Assembly (NCBI GenBank): GCA_017881765.1
Contig: JADGQN010000001.1
Span: forward strand, 1 to 40,645
Origin: Syntrophobacterales bacterium
Lineage (GTDB): Bacteria > Desulfobacterota > Syntrophorhabdia > Syntrophorhabdales > WCHB1-27
Direction: 5' to 3'
Length of the DNA: 40,645 nucleotides
The notes below the pieces were generated by a model. It saw only the letters and a list, made by a program, of their open reading frames with translations. It did no database searches and was not told the DNA's origin. The translations under genes and the position numbers were made by a program. Each line of letters begins with the position of its first letter. The first letter of the stretch is position 1. Positions 24,845-34,537 of the stretch are shown here, piece by piece.

Positions 24845-26782
24845 CTACCGTTTGATCTGCAGCAACTCCTGCAGCATTTCGTCCGTGGTCGTTATCACCT
24901 TGGAGTTGGCCTGGTACCCACGCTCCGTCGTGATCAAGTTTACGAACTCGGTAGCCAGATCGACATTCGATTGCTCAAGGGAGTTCGGATTGATGTTTCC
25001 TAAAGAACCTACGCCAGGGGCGTTGGTGTATGCCACGCCGGATTCGTAGGTTTCACCGAAGAGGTTCCCCCCTAATCTTGTCAGACCCCACGGATTATTG
25101 AAACTGGCAAGGGTGACCTGATAGAGGTTGAGCACCTGGCCGTTGGAGTAGTTGCCCGATATGGTACCGTCGGTGCTGACCGTCACATTCGTAAGCGAGC
25201 CGGGTGCATACCCGTCCTGTGTCTGAAAGTTCGTCGTTGACGCCATCGGATACTGCGTGGTTGAGCCGCCGCCCGAGCCGGAGCCGAGGACCAGGTCTAT
25301 CTTCTGGTTCGGCTGTGCACCATTAGAAAAGTCGAAGTTGATCGTGTGAGTCTCCCCGCCCGATGTCAATACGCCGTTGCTGTTGAACCTCAGATATCCC
25401 CATCCCCCCGGAGGCACGGTATTTTTTTGGTTCAACGAGTCGGCGGCATTCACTTCAGCGTCCCATTCCCACACATTGGTCTGGACTGAATTTGCGAGTT
25501 CCTGCCATCCCTTTCTGAAGTAAACGTTCACCACGTGCGGCTGCCCGAGCGAATCATATACCGTGATAGCACTGCTATAGTTTGACGTGGAGGCTGCCTG
25601 GTCCGGGTTAAAACCAGTCACGTTAAAGGTAGAGGTCCCCTCTACAATTCTAAAGTTGCCCGGGGGTAAAAGGGTTACATCGAGCCCCGACTGATTGGGT
25701 GTATCACCCCAATTCTTCAGGGCCCCGACTTGCGACGAGACCTTGCCCGTGGAGATTTTTGTTGACTGAGTCCCGTCCGGATTGGTTCTTACCGAAGTGA
25801 GGGTCATGGTACTGCCGTAAAGGTCAGTGCTCGATTTGTCAGCGGCCGTCCATCCGGTGCTGCCGGTTGCGAGTGGGCCGTCGTCGAATGAAATATCCAC
25901 ACCATTGGCCAAGGCACTCAGGCTGAGGTACTCGCCCCCACCCCCGTCCACAGTCCACGACGCCCAAACCTGGTTAGCGAATCCCGCGGAACCCATGGCA
26001 AGCGCGGAATTCAGGTAGCTCGCAAGGGACGCGGCCGTAGTTGGCCCATTGGTGGTGGGCAAGTCGATTTCGTAGTCGTTGATCTTCACGGCGCCGGTAA
26101 ACGGGGTCCCAAAGGAGGCCGCATTGGTGCCGGTATGACCTATCTGAGCGGCGGCCAAATTCACCACGACACCCGTGTACGCACCGGGCATCGGGAACTG
26201 GGTATTGCTGGCCTCGACCTGGGAAAGCCCGCTTGTTCCGGTGACGGCACCTACCGTACCCTTAAAAGGTGCGTCTGACTGAAGATTGACCGCCATGCCG
26301 ATGAACGCGCTCTGTTTCGGTTGACTGGGTCCCTGGGGTATAATAACGTCGGTAAGCACACCGCCCGGCGTCTTTGACACCGGGTCGATAACTTTACCCT
26401 GGAGGACATTGCCGGTAGGGTCAACCATATAGCCGTCTTTGTCGAAGCTGAACTGGCCGGCTCTGGTGTAATCGATCTCCTTGGAATTGGACTTCCTTAC
26501 GATAAAGAAGCCTCCTCCACCTATGGCAAGGTCGGTAGGAGTGTTCGTGCTCTGAAAAGAGCCCTGCTGAAAATTGTCGTCCACGGACTCTAACGCAACG
26601 CCCCTGCCTACCTGGCTTGAGCCTGCCGTACCAAAGATTGACTGGTAGAGCATATCCGAGAACGTCGCCCTGCTTGACTTAAAGCCCACGGTATTGACGT
26701 TTGCGATGTTGTTCCCGATAACCGCCATAGCCTGCCCTTGGGTAACGAGCCCGCTAATACCGGAATAGAGTGAGCTTAACAT
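24845..26782 (-). CDS. flgE: flagellar hook protein FlgE (long form with a large central insertion)
   Basis: 645 aa. MLSSLYSGISGL..., NNIANVNTVGFKSSR, and C-terminal SNVDLATEFVNLITTERGYQANSKVI. The central part is Gly/Thr/Ser-rich. SD GGAGG. Confidence 0.95.
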   Translation of the reverse strand: MLSSLYSGISGLVTQGQAMAVIGNNIANVNTVGFKSSRATFSDMLYQSIFGTAGSSQVGRGVALESVDDNFQQGSFQSTNTPTDLAIGGGGFFIVRKSNSKEIDYTRAGQFSFDKDGYMVDPTGNVLQGKVIDPVSKTPGGVLTDVIIPQGPSQPKQSAFIGMAVNLQSDAPFKGTVGAVTGTSGLSQVEASNTQFPMPGAYTGVVVNLAAAQIGHTGTNAASFGTPFTGAVKINDYEIDLPTTNGPTTAASLASYLNSALAMGSAGFANQVWASWTVDGGGGEYLSLSALANGVDISFDDGPLATGSTGWTAADKSSTDLYGSTMTLTSVRTNPDGTQSTKISTGKVSSQVGALKNWGDTPNQSGLDVTLLPPGNFRIVEGTSTFNVTGFNPDQAASTSNYSSAITVYDSLGQPHVVNVYFRKGWQELANSVQTNVWEWDAEVNAADSLNQKNTVPPGGWGYLRFNSNGVLTSGGETHTINFDFSNGAQPNQKIDLVLGSGSGGGSTTQYPMASTTNFQTQDGYAPGSLTNVTVSTDGTISGNYSNGQVLNLYQVTLASFNNPWGLTRLGGNLFGETYESGVAYTNAPGVGSLGNINPNSLEQSNVDLATEFVNLITTERGYQANSKVITTTDEMLQELLQIKR

Positions 26783-26794
26783 ACCTATTACCTC

Positions 26795-27418
26795 CTACTC
26801 TGTAATCGTGGTGATTGATGTGACCGGCATGATTTTTCCGTCACCGAATACGATCTGGACACCTGAGTCACTCGTCTGGATTCCCTTTACGACACGTGAG
26901 TTCTCTATACCAACCGATACCGAAGCCCCATTGTATGTCGCGGAGACGCCAAATGTGACGTTACCCGCGCCCTGATACGTGTACTTGAGCGGGTCTCCAT
27001 TCTTGAAGGTGACCTGCTGCAGATTGCCGGTGTTCGAGTCCTTCAGCGTAAGAATAACCTGGTCGTAGTTTCCTTGAGGCTGCATGGTGACTTGATCTCC
27101 TGCCGATAACGCGTTATCTTGGACATCCACCTTCTTGCCCACGGTAGAAAGCCACTGGGCTATACCCCCCTGTTGGCTGTTTTGCGCCAGGGCGCTTATC
27201 GAGCTGGAAATATTGGTTAGCTGCTGCACCTCCGTGAGCTGGGAAAGCTGGGCCATGAAGTCTTCCGGTTTTTGAGGATCCAAAGGATTTTGGTTTTGCA
27301 AGTCGGCAATGAGAATTTTCAGAAATGCATCCGGCCCGAGGATTGTCGTGGCAGCTTTCGTTTGGGTCGTGGAAGTGCTTTGTTGGCTCGTAGGGCTGGT
27401 GACTGGCTGAACACTCAT
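26795..27418 (-). CDS. flgD: flagellar hook capping/assembly protein FlgD
   Basis: 207 aa. FLKILIADLQNQNPLDPQKPEDFMAQLSQL is the FlgD N-terminal signature. Located directly upstream of flgE. Confidence 0.9.
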   Translation of the reverse strand: MSVQPVTSPTSQQSTSTTQTKAATTILGPDAFLKILIADLQNQNPLDPQKPEDFMAQLSQLTEVQQLTNISSSISALAQNSQQGGIAQWLSTVGKKVDVQDNALSAGDQVTMQPQGNYDQVILTLKDSNTGNLQQVTFKNGDPLKYTYQGAGNVTFGVSATYNGASVSVGIENSRVVKGIQTSDSGVQIVFGDGKIMPVTSITTITE

Positions 27419-27427
27419 GATTCCCCC

Positions 27428-29005
27428 TTAAATTGAAGCTTCTATATTCGGGTCCGAAGGCTCGCGCCGCCTTCCCCAATTGTTCTTAGGTTGTTCTCTG
27501 CCCTGCCGCTTGCTAACGTCCTCTTCAATAGCGTTTACTGAGATACTCGACGAAATCTGCTTTGCTTCAAGGTGACGAACGATAGTCTCTTTCTGCGATT
27601 GTAAAAAGTTAACCACGTTCTCATCAGCGGATCTGACCTGTATGATCATTTTCCCTGCCTGCTCCTTGAGTCCGATCATGAGAGATTCTCCACCTTCCGT
27701 CTTCAGACGGAGGGTGATGTCGAGGGATCTCTCCCGTAACCCAACCTGCTCGGCCACCGCCGCCAGTCGGTCTGCCACAATGCTGCCGAAGGACGTCGTA
27801 TTTGAGCCTACAACCACGGGTTCCTGGCGCTGGATGCCTGCCTGCATGGTGGCGCCTTGCTCGCCGAACGCGCTCTTCCCGTTACCTTCGGAAGGCAGGT
27901 CTGTCCCTTTTTCCGCGGTCCCGGCAGCGCCTTCCACAACGCCGGCCAATGACACGGTTACTTTCATTCTGGAAAGCAGCGACTCGGTCAGGTCCGTGCC
28001 TTGCGAGAGTTTGAGCTCAGACGCGCCATTCGGGATCAGATTCAGGCCATTCGACCCATTCGGGGTGGCCTGCGTATCCTGTGTACCCGACACGGAGACG
28101 AGATCCTTGAAGGCCGCTGTCAGGCGTTCGGCCAACCCTTGGCCCGTTGGTGCGCCATTGGCGGGTGCTTCCTTCATCAGCAGTTGAACAGACAGGCCGG
28201 GTGCTTTAAAGTCAGTAATCGGCGTTTGCCCGGGATCCGGTTCAATCATCTTCGAAACCTTCTTCTGAAGGACTTCTGTGAGGGACTGGATCAAAGAGGC
28301 GATTTCGTTTATGCCTTTCAACGCATCGGCCGGGTCTAGTGAAAGCTTTACGGAGAGCTTCACGTTCCCGTCTGATGTAAGGCTGCCGCCATCGAGCGAA
28401 GAGTCGACGGTTTGCTTTGAGGGTTCGAGAGCGACGGTCTGGACGGTTCCGTTGCTGTTTCCAAGGGCCGCCAGAAGGGCAGTGAGCAGTTCCTGCGGGA
28501 GCCCTTGTACGTTGACCTTCAAATCATCTCCGGAACCGGACCAGGAGATTGTTACCTCCACGTTCTTGTCCGGCGCCCCTTTGGCGGACGGAGTGACCAC
28601 GGCAGCCGCCTGTTGAGCTGCGGAGTCAGCCCCGGTGTTGGCGCTCTGCGTGCTTGCCTGTGCGGCGCTCTGTGTACTGCCCTGCGTGTCCGTCTTGCTG
28701 ACAGCAGTATCCTTATCTGCCTGTCGATGGTTCTCTGTACATTGTTCTTTGACCGGTGCAGTTTGCGCGGTTTGATGCTCGTGCTCCCTTGCCGCCCGAT
28801 TCCGCTCGATCGCTGCTTGCTGTCCGGCATCGTCATGCACTTGCTCGTCTGTGTGACTCCGGCTGGCCGACGCCTTCTCCAGTGCGTCTGAGAAACTGGT
28901 CGTGCCATCCGCAGTCTGCCTGGAACGAGAAGAGAGAAGATCGCTCCTCGTATTAAAAACAGGCAAGTCGTTCGGCTGGAAACTCTGTACCGGAAGGTCA
29001 AGCAT
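27428..29005 (-). CDS. fliK: flagellar hook-length control protein FliK
   Basis: 525 aa. Low-complexity Ala/Gln/Thr-rich middle and a C-terminal Flg_hook-like domain (LDITLRLKTEGGESLMIGLKEQAGKMIIQVRSADENVVNFLQSQ). Located between fliJ and flgD. Confidence 0.8.
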   Translation of the reverse strand: MLDLPVQSFQPNDLPVFNTRSDLLSSRSRQTADGTTSFSDALEKASASRSHTDEQVHDDAGQQAAIERNRAAREHEHQTAQTAPVKEQCTENHRQADKDTAVSKTDTQGSTQSAAQASTQSANTGADSAAQQAAAVVTPSAKGAPDKNVEVTISWSGSGDDLKVNVQGLPQELLTALLAALGNSNGTVQTVALEPSKQTVDSSLDGGSLTSDGNVKLSVKLSLDPADALKGINEIASLIQSLTEVLQKKVSKMIEPDPGQTPITDFKAPGLSVQLLMKEAPANGAPTGQGLAERLTAAFKDLVSVSGTQDTQATPNGSNGLNLIPNGASELKLSQGTDLTESLLSRMKVTVSLAGVVEGAAGTAEKGTDLPSEGNGKSAFGEQGATMQAGIQRQEPVVVGSNTTSFGSIVADRLAAVAEQVGLRERSLDITLRLKTEGGESLMIGLKEQAGKMIIQVRSADENVVNFLQSQKETIVRHLEAKQISSSISVNAIEEDVSKRQGREQPKNNWGRRREPSDPNIEASI

Positions 29006-29147
29006 CGTGACTCTTCTTAAACAAGAAGCATGCCATCCGTGAAGATCGGGTCAGGAGAAGGGATTTAGCGGTTTTGTAAGCGGATGACGGACGACAAAAA
29101 TCGGAAAAAACTTCCACAGGCGGAAATTTTTTCCCACGGATTGGCTG

Positions 29148-29332
29148 ATACCGGTTTGCATTCAAAAATAGAGCGAGGCGACCAGGAGGATAGCGATAGC
29201 GAAGCATCCTGTAAGGACGGAGGGGTACTTCCCGTACGTCGGAGTCGTGCCGATAGCGTTAGCGTCCTGTAAGGACGCAACACCCACACACGTGGGTACC
29301 CGGAAGCTATATGAATGAAGGCAAACTGGTAC
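29148..29332. repeat. MITE/ERIC-like hairpin repeat, copy D (inverted orientation, expanded by two internal insertions)
   Basis: Its reverse complement aligns end to end with copy B (gtaccagtttgccttcattcatatagcttc...cgactccgacgtac...gctatcctcctggt.gcct.gctctatttttgaatgcaa). Extra blocks carry the hairpins gcgtcc-tgtaa-ggacgc and cccac-gtgt-gtggg. The 21-mer tagcgaagcatcctgtaagga (29197-29217) recurs at 9076-9096. Confidence 0.85.
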
Positions 29333-29760
29333 TATGTCTTGCGGCTTTCCAATCGTAAGGCGATTTCGTCGAGAAGCTTTTGGTGCTTCTTGTTCTGTGC
29401 TCGTTTCGCCATGGAGAGCGTCCTTTCCTTCAATGTGTCGAGGACCTTTATCTCTCTGAGCATTTCGACGAGTTCGGCGCGTATCTCAACAATCTTTTTC
29501 TGGATGAGATCCTTCTGGGTCAGAGCCTCTGTTTTTAACCGTCCAAGATGCTCAAGGTAATCCTTAAGCAATGAGAACTCGTTGCCATCTAAGCACCTTG
29601 TGCATATTTCTGAATAATTGACATCAATTTCTGTGTCTAATAATTCAATATTACTCAATATTATGTCTCTTTTAGTATTATGCTGATCGAGCACCAGCTC
29701 CTTTTCTTCCATGAGCCGCTCCTTTAGCTCGATGATGCGTTGCAGGCGGTCGCTATGCAT
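29332..29760 (-). CDS. fliJ: flagellar export chaperone/stalk protein FliJ
   Basis: 142-aa coiled-coil protein immediately after fliI, with an 8-nt overlap. The call rests on position, size and heptad character. Confidence 0.75.
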   Translation of the reverse strand: MHSDRLQRIIELKERLMEEKELVLDQHNTKRDIILSNIELLDTEIDVNYSEICTRCLDGNEFSLLKDYLEHLGRLKTEALTQKDLIQKKIVEIRAELVEMLREIKVLDTLKERTLSMAKRAQNKKHQKLLDEIALRLESRKT

Positions 29761-31096
29761 AGAAGAGGAGCTTCATACTATCAACGGTTTTTTCGATGGT
29801 CACCTTTTCGTCCACCCCCTGGGAAAGGAAGGTCTTGACCCTATCCATCATCGAGATGGCATAGTCGATCTTCTTGTTGCTGCCCGGGTTATATGCCCCG
29901 ATGTTGATCAGATCTTCAGCCCGTTCGTATTCCGAAAGTATTTCGGTTATCCCGCCCGCGAATTGGAGCTGTTCCCGCGCAACGATATCCTTCATCGTCC
30001 GGCTCACGCTCCTCAGGACATCGATCGCGGGATACTGGTTCGAATCAGCGAGCTTTCGCGAAAGCACGACGTGGCCGTCAAGGACGGCCCGTGAGGCATC
30101 CGCAATGGGGTCATCGAGATCATCACCCTCCACGAGCACACTGAAAATGGCCGTCATGGTGCCGTTACCATCCCCATTTCCTGTCCGCTCAAGGAGTTTC
30201 GTTAAATGGGAAAAGACGCTCGGGGTGTAACCCTTTGTGGTTGGCGGCTCCCCTATGGCAAGCCCCACCTCTCGCTGGGCCATCGCGAAGCGGGTCAGTG
30301 AATCCATCAGCAGAAGCACGTCAGCGCCCTTATCCCTGAAGTACTCGGCTATGGCGACTGTCAGGAAAGCGGCTCTCACCCGTATAAGAGGTGGCTGATC
30401 CGAAGTAGCAACAATCACAACAGAGTGGTTAAGGCCTTCGCCCAGGTCCCGCTCGAGAAACTCCCGCACCTCTCTGCCACGCTCACCGATCAACCCGATC
30501 ACGTTTACGTTCGCCTCAGTATGTCGCGCAATCATGCCGAGCAGCACACTTTTGCCAACACCTGATCCCGCGAATATTCCCATCCGCTGGCCGCGTCCGC
30601 AAGTCAGAAGGCCGTTAAAGGCACGTATGCCAAGGTCGAGGGGCTCTGCTATCCTTTTCTTTCTTAAGGGATTAACGGTCTCCCTGTATATCGGGACGTG
30701 CTCAGCGACAGCAAGCCCTCCCTTTCCATCCATAGGATTGCCGAGACCGTCGATCACCCTGCCCAAAAGGCCGGAACCAACACCCATATTGACAACACTT
30801 TTCTTAGAATATATCTTTGATCCGACACCAATACCCCTCAATTCTCCGAGTGGCATAAGGAGTGTTTTGCCCTCCTTGAAGCCCACTACTTCGGCATTGA
30901 TCGGGGGCTTTCCTTCGGTAGGGTAGATAAGCGCCGCGTCTCCGACGGACGAAACCGGACCTTTGCCCTCGATCACAAGCCCAACCACCTGCGACACCTT
31001 TCCGTACATCTGGTAGGGATAGAATGTAGCAAGTCTGCGCTTTATCGCCGCGTAGCTCTCTTCGTCCTCAGGAGCCAGGCTCCAACTTTCCGTCAT
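29753..31096 (-). CDS. fliI: flagellum-specific ATPase FliI
   Basis: 447 aa. Walker A GSGVGKSVLLGMIA and Walker B VLLLMDSLTRFA. F1/T3SS ATPase family. Confidence 0.97.
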   Translation of the reverse strand: MTESWSLAPEDEESYAAIKRRLATFYPYQMYGKVSQVVGLVIEGKGPVSSVGDAALIYPTEGKPPINAEVVGFKEGKTLLMPLGELRGIGVGSKIYSKKSVVNMGVGSGLLGRVIDGLGNPMDGKGGLAVAEHVPIYRETVNPLRKKRIAEPLDLGIRAFNGLLTCGRGQRMGIFAGSGVGKSVLLGMIARHTEANVNVIGLIGERGREVREFLERDLGEGLNHSVVIVATSDQPPLIRVRAAFLTVAIAEYFRDKGADVLLLMDSLTRFAMAQREVGLAIGEPPTTKGYTPSVFSHLTKLLERTGNGDGNGTMTAIFSVLVEGDDLDDPIADASRAVLDGHVVLSRKLADSNQYPAIDVLRSVSRTMKDIVAREQLQFAGGITEILSEYERAEDLINIGAYNPGSNKKIDYAISMMDRVKTFLSQGVDEKVTIEKTVDSMKLLFYA

Positions 31097-31115
31097 GGGG
31101 TTCCGCGCTCCACGA

Positions 31116-31253
31116 GACAGGTAAGAACAAATGCAGGCAGAGGTAAGTACAAGAACGAAGGTAGAGAAGGGCCTATACGCCCGCCTTTGTGGTTATCTTT
31201 TCTCTACCTTTGCTTTTGGTTTTTACCTCTACCTGCTGTATCCCTTTCCTGTC
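31116..31253. repeat. long imperfect hairpin (F) in the 198-bp fliH-fliI spacer
   Basis: Paired blocks: gacagg/cctgtc (31116/31248), gcaggcagaggtaa/ttacctctacctgc (13/14), aaggtagagaa/ttctctacctt. The loop is 31171-31196. More tacctct-type copies continue to 31294. On the mRNA the 5' arm is purine-rich with SD-like GAGGU/AGGUA repeats, and the 3' arm is pyrimidine-rich. Confidence 0.7.
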
Positions 31254-31294
31254 TCTATTGTCCTTACCTCTATCTGTCTTATCTCTTTCCTGTC

Positions 31295-31960
31295 CTACGG
31301 TGTTGTTGCGAGAAACTCCTTTTTCAACTCCTCCAGCTGTCTTGATACCCTCCCATCTATGTCACCAAAGTTCGTTTGTATAACAAAGCCCGGTTCCTTG
31401 AGGTCTTCGTCAGGGACAATCCTCCACGTAGTTGTTCCCTGCGCGGAGATCATCCATGCGTCCTCCTTCGGCAGCCTGACCAGGCATTCGCCGCTTTCCT
31501 CACAAGCCTCCATGGCCTTTCTAATCATGGAAAGGGTTACCTCTTTGTGCTCCGTGCATTCCTTCATTACAATCGACTCGGCAAAGGTGAGCGCGAGCAC
31601 CGTCGCGAACCGTTCTACCCTCCCCCGCAGTTCCTGTTTGAAACTATCGAACGACGCGAGACATTGGTTCAGTCTTTCGATGAGCGGCTCCGTTTTCTTC
31701 ATGCCCATCTCCTGACCCGCCTTTTCTCCCTGTGCGAAGGCTTCCTCGAACGCCCTGCGCGTCTCCTGCTCGACATCAATCGATTCCTCGACTGACTCCA
31801 CAGGCTTTTCTTCGGAAAGAATTTGGGGCTCTTCCTCCGGCGAAGGAGTGAACTCCTCTTCCGGTTGTTGCTCCAGGAGCGATGTAAACTCGGGGGCTGC
31901 CCTTTCTACGGGCGGTTCGGTCAGGTCGTGAAAGGCAAGAGTCTCGACTTCATCAGACAA
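31295..31960 (-). CDS. fliH: flagellar export protein FliH
   Basis: 221 aa with an acidic N-terminus and FliH-like C-terminal half. Located between fliG and fliI. The only in-frame start near the 5' end is TTG 31960, which overlaps the fliG stop. Confidence 0.8.
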   Translation of the reverse strand: MSDEVETLAFHDLTEPPVERAAPEFTSLLEQQPEEEFTPSPEEEPQILSEEKPVESVEESIDVEQETRRAFEEAFAQGEKAGQEMGMKKTEPLIERLNQCLASFDSFKQELRGRVERFATVLALTFAESIVMKECTEHKEVTLSMIRKAMEACEESGECLVRLPKEDAWMISAQGTTTWRIVPDEDLKEPGFVIQTNFGDIDGRVSRQLEELKKEFLATTP

Positions 31961-32951
31961 AGGTATCGCCTGCTCCTGTCAGCATAATCTTCCCTTCCTC
32001 GCTCAGCTTCTTGGCGATCATGGCGATCTTCACCTGGGCCTTTTCAACGTCAGACACGCGTACAGGACCCATGGCCTCGAGGTCTTCCCGAAGCATCTTC
32101 GCGGCACGTTCCGACATATTGTTCAGAATCTTGTCTTTGAGGGCTTCGGATGCGCCCTTGAGGGCGAGCGTTAAATCTTCGGACGATATCTCTTTCAGAA
32201 GAAGCTGGGTTCCCTTGTCGTCAGTCTTCAACAGGTCTTCAAATGTGAACATGAGCTGCTTGATTTTGTCGGCGAGCTCCGGGTGAGACTCTTCGATGGA
32301 TTCGAGGATCTCTGATTCCATCGTCCTATTCATCTGGTTAAGCATGCCTGCGACCACTTCTACGCCGCCCAGACGCGTCCCTTCCACCACGCCGATCGAC
32401 TCCAGCTGTTCCTTGAGTACATTCTCGACCTCTTCGATGATGTTCTTGTCCACCCTCTCCAGGTGAGCCATGCGCACGATCACATCACTCTGCACCTGCG
32501 TGGGAAGAAAGCCTATCACTTCTGTGGCCTGCCTTAGTTCCATATTGGAAAGCACCAGAGATATCGTTTGTGGATGCTCACTCTTCAGGGTGTTTGCCAG
32601 AATGCGCGGGTCGCAGGTCTTCAAGAATTTGCTGGCCTTCGCCTGCTGCGTCCTCAAGTGGTGCCACACCGATTCCGCCTTCTCCTCTCCAAGGCTTTTG
32701 TTGAGTAATCCTTTGAATTTGCCCGGCATCCCAACGATATGATTGCTTTTCTCCTGCAGTTTCTTTGTGAACTCTTCGTTTATTCTCTGTACTGTTTCCT
32801 TCGGGACCGACTCCACCCTTGTAATCTCCTGTCCGATTAGCTCGATCTCACCCTCATCCAGGTCCCTGATCACTTCCTTGGATAGTTCCTCGTCCATCGT
32901 CAGCAAGAGTATTGCAGCTTTTCTGACACCGCTGATTTCTTCCCGTTCCAT
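31953..32951 (-). CDS. fliG: flagellar motor switch protein FliG
   Basis: 332 aa with the EHPQTISLVLS motif and MFTFEDL (MFxF) motif. C-terminal torque helix region. Confidence 0.95.
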   Translation of the reverse strand: MEREEISGVRKAAILLLTMDEELSKEVIRDLDEGEIELIGQEITRVESVPKETVQRINEEFTKKLQEKSNHIVGMPGKFKGLLNKSLGEEKAESVWHHLRTQQAKASKFLKTCDPRILANTLKSEHPQTISLVLSNMELRQATEVIGFLPTQVQSDVIVRMAHLERVDKNIIEEVENVLKEQLESIGVVEGTRLGGVEVVAGMLNQMNRTMESEILESIEESHPELADKIKQLMFTFEDLLKTDDKGTQLLLKEISSEDLTLALKGASEALKDKILNNMSERAAKMLREDLEAMGPVRVSDVEKAQVKIAMIAKKLSEEGKIMLTGAGDTFV

Positions 32952-34534
32952 TACCTACTTTCCCTGACCCAATCCTTTATGACGCTGGAAACGAGGGCTT
33001 TATCCTGCATGGGGCCTAGAGAAGGCTTTTCCTTCCTGCCTCCAAGGGCTTCTTCCGCGTCTGTTTCCTTGATATAGACATCCCGGACCTGCCCCGCGGG
33101 CAATGCGGCTTTCCCTTTTTTGTCCTTCCGCAGCAAAGGCCGCGCGACAAAGAGAAGCAGAAGCAGAGCTACGACCGCCAAGGCCCCGTACGTCGTAATA
33201 GTCTTTATCAACTCCTGGCGCTCGGCCTTCTGCATGAGCTCCTTTTCCTCGTTCAAACCTTCCAGCTCAAAGGGCATATTGAGGACTTCTATCTTATCGC
33301 CCCGCCCCTCGTCATACCCGACAGCGCGGGCTATAAGATCCTTTATGTCATTCAGTTCCTTTTGTGATCTTGGATTATACTTGAGTTCTTCCTCTTTCTT
33401 GCCCTTGATTTTCTCATACCTGCCGTCAACAACGACGGCCAGCGACAGTCGCTTGATATCTCCGTAGGGCTCCACAATTTTTTTGACTGTCTTGCTCACC
33501 TCGTAAGAGATCTGCGCTTCCTCTTTTTCCGCCTCGCTCGAACGTTCCGGTGCTTCCGGTTTGACGTTCCTCTGAGGTCCCGGCACATTCGAGGCCACGC
33601 CCGGGACACCGCTTGCCTTCAGGCTCTTGTTGACCGATTTCTCATGGGCTCTTTTTTCATTGGAGATGGCCTTCTTGTCCGGAGAGTATTCCTCCTGAAT
33701 CTCCTCCACCTTCCGCAGGTTAAGATCGACGGTTGCGCGGATGATCGACTTGTTCATCCCGAGGAATCGGTCGAGCATTGACTGGATAGACTCCTCCAGT
33801 CTGCGCTCTACGTTCCTCTGAAACTCGAACTGTTGGTTGGAGAGCATCAGTGGAGAATCCGGCTCTCCACCCTTGTAAAGGATTTTGCCTGAAGAGTCTA
33901 TCACCGTGACTTGCTCCGGCTTGAGCCCTTCGATACTTCCGGCAACCAGGACAACAACACCCTGGATCTGCTCTTTGCCCAAGGTTTTCCCCGGTTTAAG
34001 CTTCAAGAAAACGGATGCGGTAGCCTGCTTCTCTTTCTCTGTGTACAGGCTCTTTTCCGGTATTGCAATGTGTACCCTTGATGCCTTTACTTCAGGCATC
34101 TGGTTAATCGTCCGGGAGAGTTCCCCCTGGATTGCCCTCTTGTAATTGACATTCTGCATAAACTCGGTCATGCCGTAGTTGGTCTTATCGAAAAGTTCGA
34201 ATCCTATGCCGCCCGACCCGGGCAAAGCATTCTGGGACGCGAGCATCAGTCTGATCTCATAAGCCTTTTCCTTGGGCACATAGATTGAGGTACCCTCCAT
34301 GCCTAGTTTATAGGGAACTTTCAGTTCTTTCAGCTTGGTAACAATGTTGGATGCATCCTCCATAGACAGGCCGGAGAAGAGCGGATGATAGTCCTCCTTC
34401 TGGGTCAGTGAATAGGAGAGCACCGCGGCTCCCAGCGCCCCCACGAAAATAAACAGATAGAGATAGAGCTTCTTCCTGGGCGTTGTCTTGATAAAGGTCT
34501 TTATGTTATTTATGTAAACTTCGGATCCGGCCAT
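32951..34534 (-). CDS. fliF: flagellar MS-ring protein FliF
   Basis: 527 aa. N-terminal TM helix, YscJ/FliF periplasmic domains, second TM helix (ALAVVALLLLLFV) and a C-terminal FliG-binding tail. Confidence 0.95.
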   Translation of the reverse strand: MAGSEVYINNIKTFIKTTPRKKLYLYLFIFVGALGAAVLSYSLTQKEDYHPLFSGLSMEDASNIVTKLKELKVPYKLGMEGTSIYVPKEKAYEIRLMLASQNALPGSGGIGFELFDKTNYGMTEFMQNVNYKRAIQGELSRTINQMPEVKASRVHIAIPEKSLYTEKEKQATASVFLKLKPGKTLGKEQIQGVVVLVAGSIEGLKPEQVTVIDSSGKILYKGGEPDSPLMLSNQQFEFQRNVERRLEESIQSMLDRFLGMNKSIIRATVDLNLRKVEEIQEEYSPDKKAISNEKRAHEKSVNKSLKASGVPGVASNVPGPQRNVKPEAPERSSEAEKEEAQISYEVSKTVKKIVEPYGDIKRLSLAVVVDGRYEKIKGKKEEELKYNPRSQKELNDIKDLIARAVGYDEGRGDKIEVLNMPFELEGLNEEKELMQKAERQELIKTITTYGALAVVALLLLLFVARPLLRKDKKGKAALPAGQVRDVYIKETDAEEALGGRKEKPSLGPMQDKALVSSVIKDWVRESR

Positions 34535-34537
34535 TTA

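Noticed and set aside
29021-29035. A sigma-54-like sequence, TGGCATGcttcTTGT, upstream of fliK.
   Set aside because: The invariant -12 GC is GT. The element ends only 15 nt before the fliK ATG, so the transcript would lack the ribosome-binding site. It is probably fortuitous.
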